A stretch of DNA of 64,000 bases from Psammoneis japonica. Its lineage: Eukaryota. This document shows, in pieces, positions 1 to 12,111 of the stretch (position 1 is the stretch's first letter; every line of letters begins with the position of its first letter). The stretch covers positions 320,142-384,141 of the forward strand of contig QPGO01000067.1 in NCBI GenBank assembly GCA_008632985.1, in the 5' to 3' direction. The notes under the pieces were generated by a model. It worked only from the letters and a program-made list of their open reading frames with translations. It was not told the DNA's origin and did no database searches. The position numbers and the translations under genes are program-made.

Positions 1-3000
1 TGTGGCCACCGGCACCACAGGTGCGACTGGCATTGTTGTGGTCAGCAACTGGTGAGTTGGTCTTCTTCCTTTTTCTTGGCGGCGTGGTCAACAAGAACAC
101 CAAATGGAAAGAAAACAGGATGAGTGACATCCCAGAGAAGGCAAAAATGTGAAATCTGACAGCAAATGCAAGACGCAGTTCTCATCACCAGCATTGGACA
201 AGCACAAAATGATTGACAAGATGGCGCATGTGGACAGCACTCCTTCTTCTTCATGTCAATGTGATGTGATCATGGGACACAACTTGATGAGCAATCTTGG
301 GATCGTGCTTGATTTTGCAAATGAAGAAATCAAATGGGAAGATGCAGCTGTGCCAATGAAGGATGCACATGCACCATTTGATGCTGAGGGTGGTCTTCAA
401 GCTGATTGCCAATCACATGGAGGAATCTCACACCATGAAAAGTCTCAATGACAGGGTCAACAGGATCCTTGATGCTGACTGTCACACTGCTGACCTCAAC
501 AATGTGACTGCTGCAACAGCAACTCACCTTGCTCCAGAGGAGTGGAAGCAATTGAACTTTCTTCTAAAAAGATTCAAAAATCTTTTTGACAGTTCCTCAG
601 GTGCATGGGCTGGAAAACTGGTCAATCTTGCATTGAAGTCAGGGGCAACCCCACATCATGCAGTGCCATTTCCTGTTCCACAAGCCTTGGAGGCAACTGC
701 TTGAAAGGAAGTCAAAAGCCTCTGCAAGACAGGAATCTCAAGAAAAACAATCCACTTAGAATGGGCAGCTCCAACCTTTGTTCAACCTGAGAAAAATGTC
801 GGAGTTCAATTTTTGTCCAACTTTTGCAAGCTGAGTCAGAGGTCAATGTGCACTCCGCACCCCCCACCTGACATTCAAGACATGCCGCAGAAGCTCAAGG
901 GCTTCATGCATGCAACGTCATTTGATTTGAACATGGGATGTCATCACATTAAGTTGACACCATGCGCACATTGGTTGTGCACCATTGTGATGCCGTGGGG
1001 CAAATGTGAGCACTGCAGACTGCCTGTGGGAATTTGTGGAGCTCCAGACATTTTTCAAGAGCACATGAGTGACCTCATGGCAGGCTTAGAATTTGTCAGG
1101 ATGCACATTGACAACATGCCATGCCTGACATGTGGTGACTTGAAGGATCATCTTAAAAAGCTCAAAACAACATTTGCGCAACTTGACAAGCTGGTTTAAA
1201 GTCAATGCCAAAAAAAACCTTTTGTGAAACCCAAAGTGGATCATCTTGGGTTTCACATTTTGCAGCAAGGCATCAAACCAATCCCCCAAAATGTGGAGGC
1301 AATTCAATCTGTCGCTGCTCCCAAAATGACATTTTTTTGGCATGATCAATTGTTGTCAAGATGTGTGGCCTCAACAATCTCATGCACTTGCTCATCTGGC
1401 CAGACTCACCTCATCCAAGGTCAAGTGGCAATGGGCAAGCATGGAACAAAAAGCCTTCAAAAATGTGAAGCAAATTGTGTCAAAAGATGTGTTTTTGGCA
1501 AACCCAAATTTTGACAAACCCTTTGAGACAAGCACAGATGCAAGCAATTCTAAATTGGGTGCCGTCACATCACAAGACAAATGACCCGTTGCCTTCTTTA
1601 GCAGAAAGCCAAATGGAGCACAGATGCGACACACCACAATGGAAAAAGAGCTGCTGTCCATCATTGAAGCTCTTCTTGAGGAGTTCTGAAATGTGCTGTT
1701 TGGTGGCCAACAATTAAAAACATTTGCAGATCATGAAAACCCTGCTCATGAGAATTTTGCTGTGGACAGAGTCATGTGTTGGCATCCAACAACAAAAGAA
1801 TGCAGTCCTGAAACAATTTGCCTCATGGGCAAGGCCAATGTCATCACAGATGCAATCAGCCAACTTGCTGTGAAACAAATGTAACCCATGGAAAACCTCA
1901 GCTCTGTGAAGAATTGGCAGAAAAGACAACCCCTGAGTCCCACAACAACGTCTTTCTGTCAACACACAAAGTTCTTGACACTGAACAAAAATGGGACAAA
2001 GGCATCCTCTCCAAATTGTCGGATGCAACACATCACGCAAAGACTTTTCATGGAGGCAAGCAAGATTGAATGCTTGTGTGTCACAAGGGAAAATTGTCGC
2101 ACCCAAAGACATTGCAAAAATTGGTGACAGATTGGTGTCATGCATGCCTTCTGCAACCTGGCATGAACTGAACAGAAGAGACAATCTCACGACACTCATG
2201 GTGGTCCACCTCACCTGAACACATGCAAAAATGTGTGTCAAAATGTGAGGCATGCCAGAAATTTAAAAAGAGACAAAAGAAACATGGACATTTGCCTCTT
2301 CCAAGTGTGCAGAAGCAGTGCCACAGGAAAGATCATGTGTGGATCTCATTGACCCACACAAAATGCATCACAAAGGGAAGAAGAAACCCCTGGTCCTAAA
2401 ATGTTTGATGATGATGGACCCAGCAGCCGGTTGGTTTAAAGTTGTGGAATTTCCAAATGAGGAGTCCACAACTGTCACTGGATTTTTGGAAAGAACATGG
2501 CCAAGCAGATGCCCTTGGCCATCATCAATTGCCTGTGATCATGGAAGCAAGGTTGCTGGACATCAATTTAAAACTGTGGTCCAAGATGATTGTGGCATCA
2601 AATGCAAGCCCATGACCATGCAAATCTGCAAGCTGGTGCCATCACAGAGCATGTGCACCAAGTGCCGGGCAATGTGCTGTGCACATTTGACCTGCAAAAT
2701 GCTCCTCTAGACACAGAGGATTTGTTTTGTGGAATGCTGTTGGCAGCAGCCTTTGCAGTGCATTCAACTTGTCACACTGCACGCAAGCTGCACCAGGACA
2801 ATTGGTCTTTTGTCGAGACATGGCATTCAATGTCCAGCACATTGCTGGCTGAAAATTTGTTCAGAAATGAAACAAAACATTGCAAACAGAAACAACCCTC
2901 AAGAAAATGCTTGATGCACTCCTCACACCTGCAGGGCAGGAGAAAAAATGTTGCTCAAGAAAGACTCTAAAAAGTTGGAACAGCTCTGCGTTGGACCCTG

Positions 3001-3120
3001 CAAAATGACAATGGCACATGCACAGCACAGATCAAACACAGTGATGTCATTGATGCTGTCAACATCCATTGAATTGTGCCATTTAATGAGTGACTCTAAC
3101 GTGCAATTGGGGAGGCTGGC
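1..3120 (+). mobile_element. Degenerate Ty3/Gypsy LTR retrotransposon pol (protease-RT-RNaseH-integrase order), heavily mutated
   Basis: Fragments appear in Gypsy order: protease tail DVIMGHNLMSNLGIVLDF (149-451), RT DLNMGCHHIKL / PWGKCEHCRLPVG / FVRMHIDN (813-1199), RNase H TDASNSKLGAV..EKELLSI (1342-1884) and integrase CVDLIDPH..DPAAGWF..CDHGS (2318-2800). Many stops and frameshifts. The ends are not resolved. Confidence 0.9.
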
Positions 3121-4262
3121 GCAGCACGTGTTGTTGAGCAGAAGGAGTTGCACATGCTCACAATTGTGCGCCATCATGTGTGTCAATCGCAACACAATGG
3201 CGGATGCATGCAAAGGACAGATGAATCATGCAGATGTGATCTGATGTCAAAAATTGCAAACACGATTGAGTGACGATGATGACACATGAGATGTCAATGT
3301 TGATCATGTCTGGACAATCTGCTGCAACGATCTGATTCTCCGCACAGCAAGGCCTTTGGTCCACAGAAGCAGTGCAAAAGCTTTGGGCCATTGAGGGCTC
3401 CTTTGGAGAAACTTCAAATCTCAGCACAAAATCTGATCTCACAATTTTCCACTTTTTGTGATTTACTCTGCTTTTGTTTGCCACTCGTTCTCCGAGCACA
3501 GTGCACAAGCACTCAAAAATTGCGACAGAAAGATGGATCAAATGAGAAACTCAAAGTTCTGTCACATGCGCCCAAGCAAGAGCATGTCTTGAGCACTTGG
3601 TCAGTGTGACGGATGTCACAAAAACCTTCAGATGTGCTGTGCCTTGGTGTTTGACAGGAAAGATGATGCACCAACTTTGTTTGGCTGCTTTCATTGGAGT
3701 GGCGCGACAGTGGAATTTCTCCATGGATGCAAGGGGCCCGGCGATGCGCTTGACAACTTGCGGCTCAACATGTTGGCACATCTTTGGGAGCTGAGCTGCA
3801 ATCTCATGATTGGGCATGACCACAATCATGTCTCAGGCTTCAAAAAGCCCAGGGTGTGAAGCACGGACTTGGGGACAACCACAGAAAAACAAAGAAGGGT
3901 CAGTGTGACAAGATGCAAAAGCACACAGATTGAAACAGTGTCCAGCTAGAGACTCACTGCCAATGGAAAGGAACTGCAAGGTCAACAAGAGGTCAACACT
4001 GTCATTTCTCATGAGGCAGGTGGCGGTGGCGGGCAGGAATGTGCACGCACGCACGCTCCTGTTCTTTTCGCACCTCTTGATCTGCGAATTCCAAAAAATC
4101 GAATCCAACGCATCGTGTCTCGTACGACGTGTCAACTGCGTTCTTGCCTCGCCTGTTGTTGTTGTTGTTGTCAGCACAGCTCAGCAACGTACCGCATTGA
4201 CACTTCGCAACTGCTGTGCTTACTGTCTGTATGTCGAATACTCTTTCGGTCGTCTGCTCATC

Positions 4263-6690
4263 ATGTCTGAAGCAGAGCAGGAATTCAATGATGAGGACGA
4301 CCTGAAATTGCCTGTCCCCACCATGAACATCTGCATTCTTATTGTCGGTACACATGGTGACATAAATCCGTTTCTTGGATTGGCGGACCGTCTGGTAGAG
4401 TTGGGACACCGCGTTCGAGTCGCAACACACCAGCAGCATCGCAAACTAGTGTTGACGAGTAATCACGATTTTTATCCCCTCGCTGGAGACGCCCGTCGGC
4501 TCTCCGAATGGATGGTGCAAACAGGAGGTACTGTAATGGGCGAAGCGAAGCATTTAGATGTGGTGCCGCAGAAGACAGCCATGGCAAAAGAAATCACTGC
4601 TTCTACTTGGGGTGCAGTTACTCTCCCGTCTCCGGATGATCTTGATTCGAAACCCTTTGAAGCCGATGCTGTTATCGCCAACCCTCCGGTGTTTGGTCAT
4701 ATCCATGTGTGCGAAGCCCTGAGCATCCCTCTTCACATTATGTTTCCACAGCCTTGGTATTATGGAACAAGGGATTATCCTCACCCGCTCATGGGAATGA
4801 GCTATGAAGAAAAGTCGGACGCGAACGTTTCTTCCTACGCGTATTTTGAGGCGATTCTCTTTTCAAGCATGTCCATGTTCATCAACGGATGGCGACGAAG
4901 GACCTTGGACCTCCCAGCTGTAAGCGTCTTTTCTGGTTTATCAACCGCGATTCCTCAATGCAAGATCCCTTTCTCCGCAATGTGGTCTCCCTCTTTTGTT
5001 CCCAAACCGGAAGAGTGAGTATTCTTATTTTGAAAAGTTGTACCACGTGGTAGCCTAGAGATGTCTCACTTCCCTTTCTCCCCACAATATGCTACGCAGT
5101 TGGCCGGAACAGTGTCGAGTTGTCGGCACATTTACCAAGACAAAGATCTTGGGTGGTCGACAGAGTCTGGTCGAAATCGATACCTCTCCATTTCAGGATT
5201 TGGTGGATTGGTTGTATAAAGGCCCGACACCAATATTTGTTGGATTCGGGAGTATGGTCATACAAGATCCCTCGAAGCTAGCTACAATGATAATGAAGGC
5301 AGCCGAAAAAGCGGATTGCCGAGTCATTGTACAGAGTAGCTGGAGCAAGCTAGATGTGAGCAAAAGCGAACGCTGTCATGGTGTTGGACCCTGTCCCCAT
5401 GATTGGTTGCTCCCTCAGACAGCAGCTGTCATTCACCACGGTGGAGCTGGTACCACCGCTGCGGGATTGCGATACGGCTTGCCAACGTTTGTTTGCCCTT
5501 TCTTTGGAGATCAATTTATGTGGGCAGAAATGGTTCGCCGTGCAGGCGTGGGGCCTGCTCCGTGTCCTGTAGGAGAACTCACGGTCTCGAAACTTGCTGA
5601 CAAATTCGTCGAGCTACGGAAGCCAGAGATCAAAGCTGCAGCGAAGAAGCTTGCAGCAAAAATGAAGAAGGAAGATGGTATTGAGGCCGGTCTAGACCAT
5701 TTTCTAAGCGATCTGCCTCTTGACAACATGCTTTGCGATGTCAGCCTTATGCTCGGGGAAACTCGCCTTGCGAAATATTACTCGCCGAAAGAGGGTGTGA
5801 AGCTTTCAATTGAAATGGCTGCTATCTCAAAAACAATTGCTGATACCCCCATTGGGGCGATGACCTCCATGGATTACTTCAAAGCGTGGTTGGAGAGTAT
5901 GAATAATGTAATCACGCAGGCTGAGCTGCGCCTTGAGAGACACCATGTCACCAGATTTGCGCTTGGGAGGGTACGGACATTTCCTGGAGGCATTTTAGCT
6001 GGATTCTTTGGCTTCATCCGTCACATATTCTTGACGGTCGTGGAACCTTTCTACCGCTCAGATGCGGGCGCTCGTTCGTATGGAATGGTGGGTTGTCTCG
6101 TTGGTTTTCTTGTTTCGCCTGTGTACATTGTTATGCATGTCTTTCGCGCGGTTATTGTGCTGGTCGATCGTATCGCCGTTGGAGTTTGCAATGGCTGCTG
6201 CGGCAAGTCTTATCTTTACACCGTTGACACCCAACGTGACGATAAGGTCAATGAGAAGGGGTTTGTCCGGAGCCAGGTTGACGAGCTGGCTGCGCGGGGC
6301 TTTAGCAAGGAAAGAGAAAAGCAAGCATTCCTTGCATTTCTTTTTGTTGCCAATGCCTTAAAGATCTACAATGACGCGAAACCATTTTACCCTGAGGGGC
6401 TATGGCACTTTCAAGTCGCCAAAGCTTCTGATCTTTTGGAAGCCTTCGAAAAAGGGAAGGAAAAGCTCGGGCTATCACTTGAAGAAATGGAAGATTTGAG
6501 AGCAACGTTACAACAAAGACAAGGAACTGACTTGAGTTTCAGCATGGTGCTTCTCATTTTACGCAAAGCGATTTCTGTCTCGGGTTCTACTCGGGAGTTT
6601 GAAAAGTTGGAACGTCGGGAAGTGTTATTTACGCCACCAGCCATTGAAATGTGGCGAACAGTGTTTGACACGACGGAGGAGGCGGTATAA
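4263..6690 (+). CDS. Sterol 3-beta-glucosyltransferase-like (GT28 N-domain; UGT80/ATG26 family), 2 exons
   Basis: Motifs VGTHGDINPF, HRVRVATH, PIFVGFGSM, HHGGAGTTAAGL and PFFGDQ. Removing intron 5015-5099 (GT..AG) gives PKPEDWPEQ. Start taken at MSEAEQ (4263). Confidence 0.9.
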
Positions 6691-6847
6691 ATTATATTAT
6701 GAAATCACCTTTGCGGTTTTGAATGTTTGCGTTCGTCACTTGGTAGCCTTTAAAAAAACGCGTCTATAACTTTTCTAATTTCTCTATTTTTTCTATCATG
6801 CTTCACAATGCTCTAGCTACGTCCCCGTAACATGCAATAATATCCAC

Positions 6848-8395
6848 CTACGCACCCATACCACCAAAACTTTCTTTGCTCGTTGTTGCCATGGCCAATG
6901 GCGTCAGGATAACGCCGGCGTGCCTTTCTTTTTCCAAAATTGGTGACAAAACACCGAAATCGGGTGTTCTTGCTTCCTCATCGTGATTGCCAAAAGCCGT
7001 GTCTCGTGAATTCGAACCTCCCACGACATCACGGCGAATAGCATCGCACAATATGGATAGTCGCAACGAGCCCTGGAAGGGGTCTTCAATGCTGTATCCA
7101 ATTTGATACACTCCAAAAAGCAACCATGCAATGACTCCCATGATTGGTCCAGTCAAGAGTCCCATATCTTTAATCAAAGCAAACGGCAAGGTTACAAGCC
7201 ACAACGTTAAGCTGCGAAGCGAGTGACGAGCATAATTCAAAGGCACTGCCGTTTGATGAATCCGTTCACATTCTCCAATAGAATTGGAAAGCTTATCCAC
7301 CTGACCAAGCAAACTGAGTCGTTCCCGCGACGTAAAGTTTGGTCCATACGGAATGCTCATTACTTCTCGTCCGATACGATCACAAATCCACAGTGGTCTG
7401 TTTTCTGCCACTGCGCAACTGGAGAGTACTTTGCGTGACTCAAACAGTGACCACGGGAGGTTTCGTGTGTCGACATAACATGGCTTGTGTCCTTGTTTCT
7501 TTTGCAACTCCCCATTTCCCACTCTGTCGCCCTCATGACGAGTTTCAACCTCATAGACCGAGGTGGGTTGAGCAAGAGACGATGCGACTCGGGAATGGAA
7601 CATTCCTCAAAGATTCACATAGGCATCCCTCGCGAATGTGATGGCGGAGTAAGTATGGGAAGGCAGCAGTAAGATTCAGTATCCTGCGCTTTCGGTCAGA
7701 ACCAACCTCTTTGGAGTACAGGTTCACCATACGAGACACATTTCGTGATATTGTAAGAATGTTTTCCCAGATTTTACGGCCCTCCTACAATTTGTGTAGC
7801 AGAATGAAAAATCAAAGACGAGTTAGTGCACAGGCATAGAAAACAAACAGATCACAACATATGCTCAGCAAGGTAACTTCCAACTTACAGCGAACCGTTG
7901 ATAGGCACTATTGGTGCGAAATACCAACAGAAGACCCAAGGAGCTGACAAGGAAGGAGTGCGGCGTGGATGCAATACACATGTCTCTAGCAAGCTTCTGG
8001 AAAAAGGAGCTCCCACTGCTCGCCATGAATTTGTGTATAACAGATACCACGGTAGCCCATACTGACACGGAGATTACAGGATTAAGAATCTCTCGCAGAA
8101 CTGTCGATTGGGAAACTGATCTGATGTTGTACAACCAATCAGAGGCGGAGTGACGGTGATTGTAGTTGGAAGGCTGGCCGCCACGGATCTTGCGTTGCGC
8201 CGACGGTTGCACAGGACTCGGAAGAGAAAACGCACCAACTTGTGTTTTCCTTTGACGGTGCAGTACTTCTCTATGACCCCGAGATGCAAATTCAATCCCG
8301 CTATTTCCAATTGGATTACCTCTCACATTAAACGCCACAGAGCCCTGTAAAAGCAACAGGAAGGACGTAACTGACAATCGCTGGTTTGGCTTCAT
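6848..8395 (-). CDS. Bestrophin-like (UPF0187/VCCN-BST type) anion channel with probable plastid presequence
   Basis: LGLLLVFRTNSAYQRF|EGRKIW across intron ~7785-7888; CERIHQTAVPLNYARH; IEDPF. N-terminal signal peptide ends ..GSVAF. Apparent small indels near 7570-7610. Confidence 0.85.
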
Positions 8396-9026
8396 GGTGA
8401 TGATTGGTGTCGTTTTTATGACGCTGTCTCCAGAAGCCAGACTGGACGCACAGCAGCGATGGTATTCATGTATGTGTGGCCATTGGCGAATGAGACGTGA
8501 ATCTGGAATCTGCAGATTCGTCGGAGTCGCCTCAAATTTTAGATTCTTAACGGTCGGATACCCTCGGAGTCTCAACTGGACATGTAGTCCTACGTGAGAT
8601 TCAGTATGACATTTTCAATCGCTGCATTCTGTTTTTGGATGGTTGCATGCGTGGCGGTAGAAAAGTGACGTAAGCATGATGCTAATTGGTGGTGGCGCGG
8701 GATTTGATTTTTTCGGAAATTTGAACCTTCATCTCTCTTAGCATGATGGATGATGATTCATCGCCAATCACCAATGATTCTAAGATTCGTCTTGTCATCT
8801 CTCATCGTTTCTCTTTGTTCCACGCTGTGCCATTATCTACTTCTCAGATTCGTCTTGTAATTTTTGATACTTTCTGAACGAGAGACGTTGCTGGGACATA
8901 CCGTACAGTACCAATAAAGGTGCAAGGATTGATCATCTACGTTGTAGGTACACTGTAGTACTTTCCTGAGCCCTCAGCTGTGTAGTCATCGCAAATTTGA
9001 TATGTTGGAAAATAACAATGCCTCTA

Positions 9027-9101
9027 TAGACTTCCTTAGATTCACATTGCGCATGACACCTGACGACTAGACTTCCGTAGATTCACATTGCGCATGACAC
9101 C
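9027..9101 (+). repeat. 34-bp direct repeat, 2 copies, 41-bp period
   Basis: tagacttcc(t/g)tagattcacattgcgcatgacacc at 9027-9060 and 9068-9101, one mismatch. Confidence 0.9.
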
Positions 9102-9295
9102 CAAAGACTTACGACCCGGCTCTCGACCCTTCCACCAACGATTCAATCGACACTTTCTCTTCGTGGTGTTTAATCATCAACAATTTCAGACACAGCCAAC
9201 GAACAAACAACTTATATCTGATAAGTAGTGCAGCTGCCTGCCCACAGGACTGCTTAGAAAATTCTAATCATACCAATTAACTGCTTGTCAATCGC

Positions 9296-10288
9296 CTAGT
9301 TACAAAGAACTAAAGCCCCCACCAGCAATCCCAACTCGTTCCCATGGTGCAATCGACTAGGAGTCGGACTGCATAAAACAAGGCGGCAGATGGAGCTATC
9401 CGCTGGTTGATGGCCAGAAAGTTGAAACAATAATGACACGGCGGTGTCGTGATGCGATGAAAACACGTACAAAGACAACAAGGCACAAGCCAATGCCAAT
9501 AGTTGCAGCGGGCGGCTGCTTGGTCGCCTTTCATGGAGAGTAATCATGGCATTGCGGTGCGGTACCAAATCAAACTCAAAATCCATGATATCCGGACGAA
9601 ACTGTATCTTCTTGTTGTACATTGGGCACACCCGTGTTGCAATGAGTGGATGGATCTGTTCCCGACTGAAAAAGTCCAACCACTTGTATTTGTAAATGCC
9701 TTGCTCGAACGAAATATCTTCTTTACAGCATACGACATAGACATCCGTGATTGTAACAGCAACCGCAACATGAATGACCCACGTCAGAACGTCTCCGCCA
9801 AGAAAGAATTTCTCGTGAACCAAGGCAATGGCACTCAACAAAAACCATGGAACAACATAGATGAACCAGAGTAGCCCCAAGGGGGTTGCGATTTGAGCCG
9901 TGGCAAGGTACGCTATAGATCGACAGAGAAACCAAGTGGTCCTATCGAATTCCCCAGTAAATTCTTGAAAGAAAGATCGTTTTGCCGCCTCGAGAGACGA
10001 GAAGGTTTTGGGTTGTTGATTCGGGTATTTTCGCATATACTGTTGCAACATTGGATCCGTAATCTGTTGATACTCTTTGCGTGGTATTGCCTCGACGCCA
10101 ACGTCTTGATTGGCAATAAAGTTAATCATGGTCACTGCAGCCTGCATGGAGGGCCGGTACGCAATTCGATCTGGCTTTGCACGGCGTTTGTTCAAAGAGT
10201 TTCCCAACCAGTGAAGGATCAACTGCGCCACCTTGGCGGACGTCATGGACACATAGAACCCTGTTATTAGAGATTCCATGCTTGGCAT
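9296..10288 (-). CDS. Hypothetical membrane protein
   Basis: 330-aa ORF with several hydrophobic segments. No family recognised. Confidence 0.5.
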   Translation of the reverse strand: MPSMESLITGFYVSMTSAKVAQLILHWLGNSLNKRRAKPDRIAYRPSMQAAVTMINFIANQDVGVEAIPRKEYQQITDPMLQQYMRKYPNQQPKTFSSLEAAKRSFFQEFTGEFDRTTWFLCRSIAYLATAQIATPLGLLWFIYVVPWFLLSAIALVHEKFFLGGDVLTWVIHVAVAVTITDVYVVCCKEDISFEQGIYKYKWLDFFSREQIHPLIATRVCPMYNKKIQFRPDIMDFEFDLVPHRNAMITLHERRPSSRPLQLLALACALLSLYVFSSHHDTAVSLLFQLSGHQPADSSICRLVLCSPTPSRLHHGNELGLLVGALVLCN

Positions 10289-10921
10289 TATGAATTGCTA
10301 TGGCACCGCATGGGGCAGGAGGGACTACCGGTGTGGCAGAGAGCAAGGTGGGAGCATCATCGTCGAGCGGTGGTCGCAAAATCTTGCGCGGCAGGACCAG
10401 GTCAGAAAACAACGTGGCCCGGCGACTAACTCGACTCAAATTGATTTCTTCGGCGCACGCTCATCTTCTTTGTTCCTGCTCTTTTTACCAATGCTCTACT
10501 CTCTAGAGAGTAGGAACCTACACAGTAAAGCGAATAAGCAGCCCCATTTGCTTAGTTGCTGTCTGATGTTCGAATAGGGCTAGGCAGAACCGCTGTTGTG
10601 GGGATCGTGGGCGGAGAGAGTCGATCCTCTAAGCAGAAACGGCGGATTTCTTGCAGGAACCGACACGAAAGGGCAAGAAACGGCAGTTGCACAAGAAGTT
10701 GGAAAAGAGATATCTACTGATTATTTAATCGTGAGACAATAATCGCGCTTCACTGCGCTATAGAATCCGGAGAATCACTTTTCGGACGCGAGATAGTGCG
10801 CCATGTACTTTTCTGGCGGTTCCTTGTGCTTTCCAAACATTTTTCTAAAGCTTTTCTTCATCAAGGACTTGCGCAGCTTTTTGGATGATGCACCATTCTT
10901 GTTTTGTTTTCTTCCTTTTCT

Positions 10922-11609
10922 TCAACGTTGCCGGTGAATTTCCCGACTCTCTGGAATGGCTGCAACAATGTCCTCAGGCTCAGCTCGACAACCTGGATCA
11001 TTGTCAATAAACGACCAAACTACATTTCCGTCCGTATCAGAATATAAGTAGCTGGCAACGGATCTCCCATGAGCAGTCGCCGTTGTGTCCAGGTACATCT
11101 TCTCCCCAATCTTCAAAGGACGGTCGGCATTCTTCAGGTACCTTAAAGGTGAGTTTGTAATCTCTAGCAACCTTATTACCAAAGTCACTCAATACAGGAA
11201 ACTGCAAATCGCGTTTTGTTGCAAACGCATAGGTTCCATCCGGCAGCATGGGAGATATCGCCAATAGACTAGCACCCCGTTCTTGTATTTTGTGAAGAAT
11301 CCGTTGCATGGCCATCAAGGTAGCATTGCAGTGCGGACACCACTTTCCTCGATAAAAGACGAGAACGATGGGTCCCTTCTCCAACAATTCCTTTAGTCTT
11401 ACGGTTTCTTCGTCTTGGTCTTGCAATTCAAAGTCGGGAGCAGGGCCAAACGCCTGCACAGCACCTTCTGCAATGCGTTGCTTTTCGATGGATTCGATGT
11501 ACGTTTGATAATACTTGATATCTTCTTCCGAGATGAGTGCATAAAAGGCCTCAATGATCTCGTTCAACTCTTCCTGGAGCGACTTGGGATAGTAATCATC
11601 TTCTTCCAT
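10922..11609 (-). CDS. AhpC/TSA peroxiredoxin-like redoxin
   Basis: APDFEL, FYRGKWCPHCN, FPVLSD. The C-terminus WEIPLPATYI-DTDG..RAEPEDI needs two single-base insertions near 11040-11060. Confidence 0.85.
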
Positions 11610-12111
11610 TTTGTAGACGTGAAAATTGAAGGGATGACTGTTCGCTGGTTCTTTTTCTTATATATAAATAGGAGAGCCGAACCTTTGAGGAATCAAAACA
11701 CGCAAGTCGACACTTTCTCCTTACTTGAGCATTCCTTGCAAAGGAGAACAGAAAAGTACAGCAACGAACGCCATTGCATTGGGACTTCTGACTTCTTGGG
11801 CTGCATTGGCATTCGAATTCGGCGACTCAAAACTCAATTTTACGTTTTAGGCTGAAATGCTTTTTGATATTAAAAACCTTCAATGTCATAGAAAAGATGA
11901 TAGTACAGCACGCGTGACTAAAAATCTTCTCATCATGCGCGAACACCGCACACGGAGTCGTGCAACGTGCAACAGCAGGTAACTGGCGGCAACTCAACAG
12001 TCAGCCACCGCACGACACCATAAAAACGGTATGTTTGCTTGGGTTGCTGTCATTTTATAAGAAGAAGTACCGTTCGCAATCTCTTTCTGTGTTACTGTAA
12101 GTTAGTTCTCA

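Noticed and set aside
3930..4262. 111-aa N-terminal extension of the glucosyltransferase ORF
   Set aside because: It starts at a non-ATG codon in the TA-poor fringe where stops are scarce. It does not look like protein; MSEAEQ at 4263 is the plausible start.
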